Assembly (NCBI GenBank): GCA_965234725.1
Contig: CBDDUX010000029.1
Location: 1,752-65,751 of the forward strand
Length of the DNA: 64,000 nt
Direction: 5' to 3'
Source of the DNA: Thermoplasmatota archaeon
GTDB lineage: Archaea > Thermoplasmatota > Penumbrarchaeia > Penumbrarchaeales > Penumbrarchaeaceae
This document shows positions 19,777 through 28,455 of this stretch, piece after piece; positions within the stretch are counted from its first letter, which is position 1, and the number at the start of each line of letters is the position of its first letter. A program made the position numbers and the translations under genes. The notes beneath the pieces were generated by a model. That model had not been told where the DNA came from. It did not search any database and was given only the letters and a program-made list of their open reading frames with translations.

Positions 19777-20412
19777 TCACCTCTTATTCAAATTCTCCTC
19801 TCTTTTTCGGGGCTTCCCGGCCCCTTTCTTTGATCTGGATCTGGTCTTCTTCCATTCCGATGGTGATACGACCTTCACGGAATCGCCAAGGTTCCTGGCA
19901 ATTATTACATCGGCATTGTTACCGAATTTCCGGTCAGAAATAGCAGGGATCAACGTCCTCCCTCTCTGTTCGGTGAATAGAGTTACCTGTCCCTCCATTC
20001 CGGGATTGAGTGGCACTGTAACAGTTGCCTTTCTTCCCACCAAATTCTTGTATTTCACAGTGGAATCTGATGAGAACACCTTGAAAGCATACCTTACAAC
20101 AAGGAAAAGAAGGACAGCGAAAACCAGGGATGCGAGAGCCGCTATGAATGGGGTTATGACCGGGTCCACACCAAAATAGGTCAAAATAGCACCCAAACCC
20201 CCAAAGGAGGCTGTAAAGGAGAGCATTACCGGAAGACTGAACAATCCTGGTCCTCCCCCTGCGTCTATATCTATATCCATATCACCTATGTCCAGGTCGA
20301 TGTCCGGTCCTCCGTCGAAATCCAGGTCAAGACCGCCTAAAAGCATGATAATTAGAAGTATGACGAAACTTGCGACCCCTATCACAAGGTAGAACACTAG
20401 TAGCAGGTCCAT
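19777..20412 (-). CDS. NfeD/YqiJ-like membrane protein (TM region, Asp-rich loop, C-terminal OB-fold)
   Basis: TM helices, loop LDLDFDGGPDIDLDIGDMDIDIDAGGGPG. C-terminal GRKATVTVPLNPGMEGQVTLFTEQRGRTLIPAISD...VIIARNLGDSVKV. 6 nt upstream of flotillin, the classical NfeD-SPFH pair. Confidence 0.8.
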   Translation of the reverse strand: MDLLLVFYLVIGVASFVILLIIMLLGGLDLDFDGGPDIDLDIGDMDIDIDAGGGPGLFSLPVMLSFTASFGGLGAILTYFGVDPVITPFIAALASLVFAVLLFLVVRYAFKVFSSDSTVKYKNLVGRKATVTVPLNPGMEGQVTLFTEQRGRTLIPAISDRKFGNNADVIIARNLGDSVKVVSPSEWKKTRSRSKKGAGKPRKREENLNKR

Positions 20413-20415
20413 AGA

Positions 20416-21327
20416 TCAAAACCCCTTCCTTGATTTGAAATCCATCCACTGCTGGCATCTCTGCTGGTTGGTCGTGTAGGTTCTCTCGTTTGGATCAAGG
20501 CCCTTTGCCTTCTGAAAGTATGACATCGCTCTCTCATACTGACCGCTTTCCATGAGTGCCAGCCCATACTCATTGAAAGCATAGGCTCTCTTCCGGTCCT
20601 TGGGACTCACTGTAACCTGTTCGGATGAGAAGGATGGTCCTTCATCCTCGGACCATGATCTGACCTCCCCAGAAGGCGGAGGTGCGTAGATCGGTTTGCT
20701 ATCCTCCTCTATAACCTCGTAGATGGGGACCTTGGTCTTGTTTTTATTTTCCACATCCTCGACGTAATCCAGGAATGGTATCCTTTTTGCAGTATTGGTT
20801 GGTCCAATTTTCTTCTTGGCTTTTGACTTCTTCCGCCTTTGATTGGATCTCTTCAATTTCTGATCCTCATCTATCAGCTTCTGCTGCGAGTAATATGTGA
20901 GTTGAGGTTCCAATCTGTCCGTTGGAAAAAGTATGGCATCATGTTCCATATCCCTCTTCGTCTCCCAGATCTCCTCGTAGGTTTGGTCCCTTCCCCAGGT
21001 ATGATCCCAATCAGAATCCCTATCCATCACCATTGACGCAGGACCTTTCGCAGGCTCAACGGTCGGCCAATCTTCATCCTTGTCAATATCCTCCAGGTTG
21101 GAAATGCCAATGTTCCTGAATCCGATGGCCTTGGTCTTCCTGAAAAGGACACCCTGCAACCTGACATCTATCCTTCTATTATGATCGAAAGAGAGGTCCC
21201 TATCCTGATCGAAGGTCCTATCTCTTTTCATCAGGATCCGAGGATTTCTGAACTTCACCTGGCAGATCGAGGTATCATATATACCTGCAAGGTCCCCCTT
21301 GGTGTGTTTTCCCTTCCCAATAACCAA
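20416..21327 (-). CDS. Hypothetical highly charged protein with one C-terminal TPR-like repeat (303 aa)
   Basis: ORF track. C-terminal AYAFNEYGLALMESGQYERAMSYFQKAKGLDPN is TPR-like and the rest is charged or disordered. Stop lies 3 nt from the NfeD start. Confidence 0.55.
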   Translation of the reverse strand: MVIGKGKHTKGDLAGIYDTSICQVKFRNPRILMKRDRTFDQDRDLSFDHNRRIDVRLQGVLFRKTKAIGFRNIGISNLEDIDKDEDWPTVEPAKGPASMVMDRDSDWDHTWGRDQTYEEIWETKRDMEHDAILFPTDRLEPQLTYYSQQKLIDEDQKLKRSNQRRKKSKAKKKIGPTNTAKRIPFLDYVEDVENKNKTKVPIYEVIEEDSKPIYAPPPSGEVRSWSEDEGPSFSSEQVTVSPKDRKRAYAFNEYGLALMESGQYERAMSYFQKAKGLDPNERTYTTNQQRCQQWMDFKSRKGF

Positions 21328-21439
21328 TCTTACCGCTCCTCGGAGATTCCATATCCCCCGTTTGATGGAACGGTGAAGTACGTATATATTGATTTTTAAT
21401 CATAGGACACATGATTGAATAAAAGTTCACTGGATGAAT

Positions 21440-22138
21440 CTAATTTTCTTCTTTGGCCTTCCTTTTCCCTGAAATGAAAAATCCTGACCTGGGAGAGAGG
21501 TAGTATATCTTCATGGTGTAAGGGTTCAATTTCCTCGAGAATGTATATTCAAGCTCGTTCTTGGTGAACAGACCATGGTCGTCAACAATGAGAAGTATCG
21601 ATTTTTCCCATGTCTGGAGGTTTGATATTTCTCTCAGTATTTCCTTTTCCAGTTCTTTCATACCTTCAGTCTTTGAGAATCTCCCGGTCTGGGTGTTGCG
21701 TCTTTTTGAATATTGTACCTCCGAGTTCTTTACAATACTGACAGCCGCACCCGAAGAAAATCTCCAGGACCGGATGGACCCTGGATTCTTCTTTGAGAAC
21801 CTTGCTGTTACAGCGAATTGCATGGAATTGAGGTCAATGAAGCAGAGGTCAGCTCGAGATTTATCCCCCTTTTCGAAACCGAGTGATACATGGATCGGTG
21901 TTGTTTCAATATCTCCAGTCTCGATGCCTTTCTGTCTCCATCGTCCATCTTTTCCGATAGTGTATCTTCCGGTCTCAACATTCTGGATCATGAAAAGGGA
22001 CCTCATACGATGATAGAGGTCTGCCACCACATCCATTCGATCAAGAAAGATATATGGTGACCTCTGATAGTCCGATTTCATCCCGTGAAAAGCCTCATCG
22101 AAGGTATCGACAAATGGTGTTGACCAAGACCTTTTCAT
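21440..22138 (-). CDS. Hypothetical protein (232 aa), family not recognised
   Basis: ORF track only. Basic C-terminus, no TM. Confidence 0.5.
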   Translation of the reverse strand: MKRSWSTPFVDTFDEAFHGMKSDYQRSPYIFLDRMDVVADLYHRMRSLFMIQNVETGRYTIGKDGRWRQKGIETGDIETTPIHVSLGFEKGDKSRADLCFIDLNSMQFAVTARFSKKNPGSIRSWRFSSGAAVSIVKNSEVQYSKRRNTQTGRFSKTEGMKELEKEILREISNLQTWEKSILLIVDDHGLFTKNELEYTFSRKLNPYTMKIYYLSPRSGFFISGKRKAKEEN

Positions 22139-22297
22139 GAATATCCATATATTTTTAATAATTTATATATTATTGGTTTTTTGAATATATTTTAAGATAT
22201 GGTATCCATCATTGAATTTGGTTAGCAATATAGAGGGAAATTGGGATTTCCACAAATAATTGTTCCTGATCCGTTGAGATCTTCTGGATTTCTTAAG

Positions 22298-22310
22298 ATA
22301 ATCTATATAT
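22298..22310 (+). promoter_or_regulatory. TATA-box-like promoter element ATAATCTATATAT upstream of SRP54
   Basis: AT-rich 13-mer ending 27 nt upstream of the ATG at 22337. The identical 13-mer recurs at 23740..23752. Confidence 0.5.
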
Positions 22311-22343
22311 GCAAAAAGCCTGATTGCGCGTCGGTGATGGACA

Positions 22344-23702
22344 ACGGTCCTAGATTCGCTAGGTGAGTCCCTCAGAGGGACCCTCAAGAAGATCGCAAAC
22401 GCATCCAACATTGACAAGGATGTCATCAAGGACGTTGTACGAGATATCCAGCGGGCTCTCCTCCAGGCAGATATCAATGTCAAACTTGTCCTGACCATTA
22501 CCAAGGAAGTGGAGAGAAGGGGCCTGGAAGAAAAGCCACCCGCCGGCATGTCGTCGCGGGAGCATGTGATCCGGATCATATACGAGGAACTTGTCAGGAT
22601 CCTGGGAGAAGGGCGCGAGGTCTCCCTAAAAAAACATGTCATCATGATGGTAGGTCTTTACGGGCAGGGAAAGACAACCACAACTGCCAAGCTGGCAAAG
22701 TTCTTCCAGAAAAGAGGTTTGAAGGTGGGGCTGATCGCAGCTGATGTCCATCGACCTGCTGCCTTTGACCAGCTCAAGCAGCTGGCTGAAAAGATCAATG
22801 TTCCCATTTACGGCAATCCAAAGGCCAGCAATGGTGTAGCAGTTGTGAAGAACGGAATGAAGGCTCACAAGGGCATAGATGTGATCATCATCGACACAGC
22901 AGGGAGACACTCTCTTGAAGACGATCTGATCGATGAAATGAAGAGGATATCAAAGGCTGCAAACCCTGATGAGAAGTTCCTTGTTTTAGATGCCTCGGTT
23001 GGTCAGCAGGCGGGCCCTCAGGCTCAGGCTTTCCATGATGCTGTGGGAGTAACAGGCGTCATCATTACGAAACTTGATGGAACAGCCAAGGGAGGAGGAG
23101 CACTTTCTGCGGTTTCAATAACAAAGGCTCCTGTTACCTTCATAGGTGTTGGAGAGCATATAGACGATCTTGAGAAGTTCGATCCACCCAGATTCATCTC
23201 GAGACTTTTAGGTATGGGGGATCTCCAGACCCTCCTTGAGAAAGCACAGGAATCCATGGAAGAGGGTGATGCTGAACTTGTTGCAAGGAAAATGATGTCC
23301 GGGAAGTTCACCCTCCTGGATATGAAGGACCAGATGGAAATGCTCTCAAAAATGGGGCCACTGGACAAACTGATGGGGATGCTTCCCCAGGGTTTCGGAG
23401 GAATGAAGTCCATGAATATGGACAAGCAGTCATCCCATGAAACCCAGGAGAGATTGAAGAAGTTCAAGGTCATCATGTCATCCATGACCCAGTTCGAACT
23501 GGAAAATCCGAAGGAGATTAAGGCCTCAAGGATCCGAAGGATAGCCAGGGGTTCTGGGGTGGACCAGAAAGAGGTCAGGTCACTTCTGAAATACTACAAT
23601 ATGTCCCAAAAAGCTGTTAAGGGACTCACTTCCAACAGGAGGATGAGGAAGAAGCTCATGAAACAGCTTCAGATGCCTGAGATGGAAGGATTCGATATGT
23701 AA
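22344..23702 (+). CDS. srp54: Signal recognition particle protein SRP54 (archaeal type); start codon uncertain
   Basis: The ORF-track entry (GTG 22509) lacks the N-domain. The same frame is open back to 22338 and reads TTVLDSLGESLRGTLKKIANASNIDKDVIKDVVRDIQRALLQADINVKLV..., the canonical archaeal SRP54 N-terminus. G-domain GLYGQGKTTTTAKLA, DTAGR, Met-rich M-domain. No ATG/GTG/TTG lies in frame before 22509 (ACG at 22344, out-of-frame ATG at 22337). Confidence 0.9.
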   Translation, partial: TVLDSLGESLRGTLKKIANASNIDKDVIKDVVRDIQRALLQADINVKLVLTITKEVERRGLEEKPPAGMSSREHVIRIIYEELVRILGEGREVSLKKHVIMMVGLYGQGKTTTTAKLAKFFQKRGLKVGLIAADVHRPAAFDQLKQLAEKINVPIYGNPKASNGVAVVKNGMKAHKGIDVIIIDTAGRHSLEDDLIDEMKRISKAANPDEKFLVLDASVGQQAGPQAQAFHDAVGVTGVIITKLDGTAKGGGALSAVSITKAPVTFIGVGEHIDDLEKFDPPRFISRLLGMGDLQTLLEKAQESMEEGDAELVARKMMSGKFTLLDMKDQMEMLSKMGPLDKLMGMLPQGFGGMKSMNMDKQSSHETQERLKKFKVIMSSMTQFELENPKEIKASRIRRIARGSGVDQKEVRSLLKYYNMSQKAVKGLTSNRRMRKKLMKQLQMPEMEGFDM

Positions 23703-23739
23703 TGTCGGATCGTATCGGAAAGACATCGATCAAAAAAAC

Positions 23740-23752
23740 ATAATCTATATAT
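23740..23752 (+). promoter_or_regulatory. Second copy of ATAATCTATATAT, upstream of the PiT phosphate transporter
   Basis: Exact 13/13 match to 22298..22310. It ends 108 nt upstream of the ATG at 23860, which implies a long leader if it is used. Confidence 0.4.
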
Positions 23753-23859
23753 CCGATTTTGGACCTCAGCATAAAAGGTAGAAATGATGGTGGCTTCCTT
23801 GCTGCTATCTGGTTTTTCCGCTTCCAATTCGAGAGGTTCCTTTAAAGAGGTCATCAAAT

Positions 23860-25182
23860 ATGCTCGGATTATCCTTGGGTAGTTTGGCCGTCCTGTTCAT
23901 AACTATAGTTTTTGGTTTCTATATGGCTTGGACCATCGGTGCAAATGATGTCGCAAACTCAATGGGAACCGTATTCGGCTCGAGAACAATGTCATTGAAG
24001 AAGATAATATTGATCGCGGTTATATTCGAGTTCCTAGGTGCTTTCCTTGTTGGAGCTCATGTAACCAAGACCCTGAAATCAGGGATCGTCGATCCTGCAC
24101 CTTTCCAGGGACAGACCGATCTTTTCATTGCTGGAATGCTTGCAGTTCTTCTAGCAGCATCTCTTTGGGTTACACTCGCGACTTATAAAAGTCTCCCAAT
24201 TTCAACCAGTCAATCAATTGTAGGATCGGTAGCAGGTTTCGGAGCCCTTTCGATCATTTTAGGGGACATACCATCATCATCATTGAACCTGCAAACAATT
24301 ATTAAGATCTCACTTGGATGGGTGCTATCCCCTATTTTCGGGGGGATCCTATCTTTTTTTATTTTCTTCTCAATAAAAAAAACCATATTCGAATCTAAGA
24401 AGTTGGAAAGAAGAGCGGAAAGTGTTAACAATTTCTTCATATTTCTCGTGATATTCATTCTCCTCCTAGCTGGTCTTTCAGGCGGTTTGAAGAACCTTAG
24501 GACCGTGATGGAAGGAATCCTGCCAGGAACGATCTTGGATATGGTCTTCGATATTTTCTGGTTGAAGGTCATTTTTATCATGACCCTATCATTGTTCATT
24601 ACCATCATCTTCCATTTGATGAAAAATAGAAAAATGACTGAAAAGAGAAAAGGGCAAAATCCCCTGGAGAGGGTCGAGTCGATGTTTGGAGGATTGCTTG
24701 TACTGACTGCCTGTTATGTGGCATTCTCCCATGGTGCCAACGATGTTGCCAATGCAATAGGTCCAGTGGCGGCGATTGTCCAGATCCTAACCGGTGGAGA
24801 AATATCCTCCACGGTTACCATCCCTATATGGATCTTGCTTCTTGGCGGTCTTGGGATAGTTGTAGGAGTATCAACCTGGGGATACAGGGTAATGGAAACT
24901 ATCGGAAAAAGGATCACAAAGATAACCGCCACAAGAGGGTTCTCAGCATCATTCGGTGCCGCCTCTTCTGTGCTTATCTGTTCATTATTTGGAATTCCCG
25001 TTTCAACCTCACAGATAATAGTAGGGTCGGTGATCGGTGTTGGATTGGCAGGAGGTATTTCAGCTATTGACCTGAGGGTGATCAGGAATATCATCGTATC
25101 ATGGGTGTTCACAATACCGATTTCCGCTCTAACGACAGGTGGGATATATTTACTCTTTAGAGCCATAGCTCTACAACTGTAA
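23860..25182 (+). CDS. pit: Inorganic phosphate transporter, PiT (PHO4) family
   Basis: Duplicated signature GANDVANSMGT (N-terminal half) and HGANDVANAIGP (C-terminal half). Polytopic membrane protein, 440 aa. Confidence 0.9.
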   Translation: MLGLSLGSLAVLFITIVFGFYMAWTIGANDVANSMGTVFGSRTMSLKKIILIAVIFEFLGAFLVGAHVTKTLKSGIVDPAPFQGQTDLFIAGMLAVLLAASLWVTLATYKSLPISTSQSIVGSVAGFGALSIILGDIPSSSLNLQTIIKISLGWVLSPIFGGILSFFIFFSIKKTIFESKKLERRAESVNNFFIFLVIFILLLAGLSGGLKNLRTVMEGILPGTILDMVFDIFWLKVIFIMTLSLFITIIFHLMKNRKMTEKRKGQNPLERVESMFGGLLVLTACYVAFSHGANDVANAIGPVAAIVQILTGGEISSTVTIPIWILLLGGLGIVVGVSTWGYRVMETIGKRITKITATRGFSASFGAASSVLICSLFGIPVSTSQIIVGSVIGVGLAGGISAIDLRVIRNIIVSWVFTIPISALTTGGIYLLFRAIALQL

Positions 25183-25188
25183 TGAAAG

Positions 25189-25902
25189 GTGATTGAGATG
25201 GAAAAAGAATCGATCCTAGACAATATTCGAGTACCGATCCTTAATACAATATATAGGAATCCATTTGAAGGTCTGGGCTACCACTCAAAGAAACTCGATG
25301 AATGTGTTTTCCATATGAAAGAGTGCCTGTTCCATTATCTGGAATGTGATTTCGACCGTGTGGAAAAAGATAAGGAAATGGTCTCAAAAGCTGAACATGA
25401 GGCGGACCTTATCAAAGCAAATATCAGGGCCCACATACCAAAATCCATATTCATGCCTGTCCCAAAGGATCAATTCCATATGCTTCTTCATGATGCGGAC
25501 TCCATACTAGATTATGCAGAGGATGTGGCAGTACTCCTCACAATGAAAAGAACATGTCTTCCAGAGAATATTTCAGGAAAATTGAGGGAACTGGCAAAGA
25601 AAGTTCTAGATTGTGTAAAAGCTTTTCAAGATATCATGGGCAGTATGGAGAACCTCATCGAAAGCAGTTTCCGGGGGCTTGAAAGGGATAGAGTGAAGGA
25701 TATGATTAAGAATGTTCATCTTCTTGAACATGAAGCCGACATCCTGGAGTTCTCAATTTCTAGAGACCTTTTCAATATCGATCATGATAAAATGGATCCG
25801 ATATCGGTCGTCCACATGCTCAAGGTTGTGGACCGTCTAGGACAGGTTGCTGACAAAGCGGAAAATGCCGCTGATCGGATAAGGGCGATGATGGCCAAAT
25901 AG
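25189..25902 (+). CDS. DUF47/TIGR00153-family PhoU-like phosphate transport regulator
   Basis: 237 aa helical protein. ...VSKAEHEADLIKANIRAHI... and ...LLEHEADILEFSISRDLF... are the repeated E(H)EAD motifs of this family. Lies immediately downstream of PiT, the conserved pairing. Confidence 0.8.
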   Translation: MIEMEKESILDNIRVPILNTIYRNPFEGLGYHSKKLDECVFHMKECLFHYLECDFDRVEKDKEMVSKAEHEADLIKANIRAHIPKSIFMPVPKDQFHMLLHDADSILDYAEDVAVLLTMKRTCLPENISGKLRELAKKVLDCVKAFQDIMGSMENLIESSFRGLERDRVKDMIKNVHLLEHEADILEFSISRDLFNIDHDKMDPISVVHMLKVVDRLGQVADKAENAADRIRAMMAK

Positions 25903-26006
25903 AGAGCTACCAAGGCCAATATACATAGAATATATATTGAATATAGTTCACAATATTTTACATAGTCAAATAATTTAGAATATATCCCTATGTTGCCCTG
26001 AGTTGC

Positions 26007-27218
26007 ATGGAAAACAGGAAGGGGGAGGGCAAAACCCCAACAAACCCTTTTGGCAGACCGAAGGGGATATTTTACAGGCTCCAACATAAACAATGGTTCA
26101 ATATACTGATATTCATCATTTCCATTTATTTCTTCATCATTGGCATCAAGCTCATGGGATCAGGCTTCAAAGGCCTGGGCCATGATTTTGCCAATGACCT
26201 GATCGAAACCACATCGAACCCTCTTGTGGGACTGTGTATCGGGGTCCTTGCAACCGCTGTAGTTCAATCATCATCAGCTACTACATCCACCGTTGTCGCA
26301 ATGGTAGTGGCCAACCCGGCATTCTTCCCCAATGCTATCCCGATTGTGATCGGGGCCAATATAGGGACCTCTGTCACCAATATCCTGGTGTCCCTCGGAC
26401 ACATCAGACACCCTCCATCCTTCAGAAGGGCCTTCGGAGGGGCCCTGGTCCATGATTTCTTCAATGTTATCTCTGCCTCATTGATATTCCCCATGGAGTG
26501 GCTTGTAAGGATCTTGACAGGGAAAGGTTTCCTTGAAAGAATGGGAGAAGCCACGGCTTCCATGATGGTCGGGGAAGATCGGAATCTGGAATTCGACTTC
26601 ATTTCCCGGATATTGGACCCAGTTCTAGAACCCATCAAAGAAGGTATCCTCAATGTGGGTTTATTCCCTGAAACCGCAATGATCATCGTTGGTCTGCTCA
26701 TACTTTTTTCTTCTCTTACCTTCATCACCAAAGCAGCAAGGAGGGCCATCGACGGAAAGGTCCAGGAACTGGTGGACAAGGTCCTTTTCAGGAACACTGC
26801 AACATCTTTCACCTTCGGTATGCTTCTCACAGCTTTCGTTCAGAGCTCTTCTGTCACCACATCCATTGCTATTCCCCTCGTAGGTGGAGGGATACTGTCC
26901 ATTGAACAGATATTCCCCTATACCCTTGGAGCAAATATCGGAACAACTGTCACTGCGCTTCTGGCAGCCATTGCAAGTCAGGACCTTGCTGATCCCGAAG
27001 GCTCAAAATATGCACTGGCCATATCCTTTGTTCATCTCTATTTCAATCTGACTGGTATTGTCCTCCTTCTTCCCTTCAAAAAGGTGCCTATCTATCTCGC
27101 TAGAAAAGTGGCCAGATATATATCCTCGAATAGGAAGATGGCGATCCTCTTCCTGATCGTGGTATTCTTCCTGATACCTGGAGCTGTGATACTATTCGAC
27201 AGGTTATTATTATCATAA
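26007..27218 (+). CDS. Na+/phosphate cotransporter family protein (NptA-like)
   Basis: Duplicated QSSSATTS / QSSSVTTS motifs (AVVQSSSATTSTVVAM and AFVQSSSVTTSIAIPL). Polytopic membrane protein. Confidence 0.85.
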   Translation: MENRKGEGKTPTNPFGRPKGIFYRLQHKQWFNILIFIISIYFFIIGIKLMGSGFKGLGHDFANDLIETTSNPLVGLCIGVLATAVVQSSSATTSTVVAMVVANPAFFPNAIPIVIGANIGTSVTNILVSLGHIRHPPSFRRAFGGALVHDFFNVISASLIFPMEWLVRILTGKGFLERMGEATASMMVGEDRNLEFDFISRILDPVLEPIKEGILNVGLFPETAMIIVGLLILFSSLTFITKAARRAIDGKVQELVDKVLFRNTATSFTFGMLLTAFVQSSSVTTSIAIPLVGGGILSIEQIFPYTLGANIGTTVTALLAAIASQDLADPEGSKYALAISFVHLYFNLTGIVLLLPFKKVPIYLARKVARYISSNRKMAILFLIVVFFLIPGAVILFDRLLLS

Positions 27219-27246
27219 TTACATCAATACAGATATTCAAGGAGAT

Positions 27247-27924
27247 ATGAAGATGTTCAAGAACATCTGGGATGCATTGAGGAAGAACCCTCTCATAGAT
27301 GAGAGCTACGAGATAATGGACCAGCTGCAGCACCAGACACAGGAGATGTTCCTTCTTTCGATGAGGGCTTTGATCGACCAAGGGATACAACCCGATGAAA
27401 TAGTCAAGATGGATAAAGAGGTCAATAGGAATGTCCAGCTGTTGAGAAAAAAGGTATTCGAATACTTCTCACTCTCTTCGATCCCCAATATACATGGCGG
27501 TCTAACTCTGATCTCCCTTGTGATCGATTACGAGAGAATAGGGGATTATGCCAAGGACCTTGCGCTCCTGAGAGATGAATACGATTTCGCTAAACCTTTT
27601 ACCCATGACATCAATGATAGATTGAACTCCATGAAAGATCATATTTCAATGATGTTCCTGGAAGCCCACGATTCCCTTGTGGTCATGGAGAAGGCATATC
27701 CCACCAAGGTCACACTGAGGGAAAGGGACCTGAAGAAAGAATACGATTCCTTGGTGGAGAGGTTGAACGATAAAGAGCTTACAAGAAAAGAGGTCATCTG
27801 CTCCCTGATAACCGCAAGGATCCTCCGCAGGATCGCGGGCCACCTTGACAATATAGCAACATCAGGATCCAGACCATTTCCCAAATTGGGATTCAAACCG
27901 GGAGCTTCCAGTTGGGAGGATTAA
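27247..27924 (+). CDS. phoU: PhoU-family phosphate uptake regulator
   Basis: 225 aa two-repeat helical protein. ..ISLVIDYERIGDYAKDLA.. and ..ARILRRIAGHLDNIA.. match the PhoU repeat motifs. Confidence 0.75.
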   Translation: MKMFKNIWDALRKNPLIDESYEIMDQLQHQTQEMFLLSMRALIDQGIQPDEIVKMDKEVNRNVQLLRKKVFEYFSLSSIPNIHGGLTLISLVIDYERIGDYAKDLALLRDEYDFAKPFTHDINDRLNSMKDHISMMFLEAHDSLVVMEKAYPTKVTLRERDLKKEYDSLVERLNDKELTRKEVICSLITARILRRIAGHLDNIATSGSRPFPKLGFKPGASSWED

Positions 27925-28358
27925 ACACCCCATCTGGACCATTCCCGCTTCGCGGTCATATGGTGTCTGTTGAGAAAACCGGCCTTGAACCTCTCTACCG
28001 GAAAGAAACCATAGGGTTTCCTGGGAAGATTCTGCGAGAATCCTTGTAGAAAGACCCTGACACGGTTTGCATTCCTAGTCGTGATCCCATCCACTTCCAG
28101 GAAATGGATATCCCCGGCATGTGTGGGTCTTTCATCATAGACATCGATGGTGATCTCAACAGGGTCCTTCACACGAAACCTGAAAACATAGGAATTGGAT
28201 GGAATGGCCATAACTATCATCAGTCTGGAGAAGTGATGGAGGGCCCTATCCCTTTCATATACCCAACCCAGATCATCAAGCGTCTTCCTGACCATCTTGG
28301 TCACCGAAGGAGAGTCGTAACAGACCGCTGCCCTCCATTTCTCAGGTGGTATCGCCAT
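27921..28358 (-). CDS. Hypothetical protein (145 aa)
   Basis: ORF track only. Convergent with phoU, with a 4-nt overlap. Confidence 0.4.
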   Translation of the reverse strand: MAIPPEKWRAAVCYDSPSVTKMVRKTLDDLGWVYERDRALHHFSRLMIVMAIPSNSYVFRFRVKDPVEITIDVYDERPTHAGDIHFLEVDGITTRNANRVRVFLQGFSQNLPRKPYGFFPVERFKAGFLNRHHMTAKREWSRWGV

Positions 28359-28455
28359 CTTCTGCCTCTTATACGTTAAGTTCCGTTGTCCCTTATTTCA
28401 TTTATTGACAGATAGAATTATCATGGAATGAAACGATAACCATCGGGTATATTAG

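Noticed and set aside
22163-22645. 160-aa minus-strand ORF across the SRP54 5' region
   Set aside because: The plus strand here encodes the conserved SRP54 N-domain, so the antisense ORF is an artefact.
24375-24382. A8 run in pit and A8 run at the crtI/crtB overlap (35354-35361), considered as slippage sites
   Set aside because: A/T runs of this length are unremarkable in an AT-leaning genome, and they encode ordinary Lys-Lys. They are not comparable to the G9 tract.
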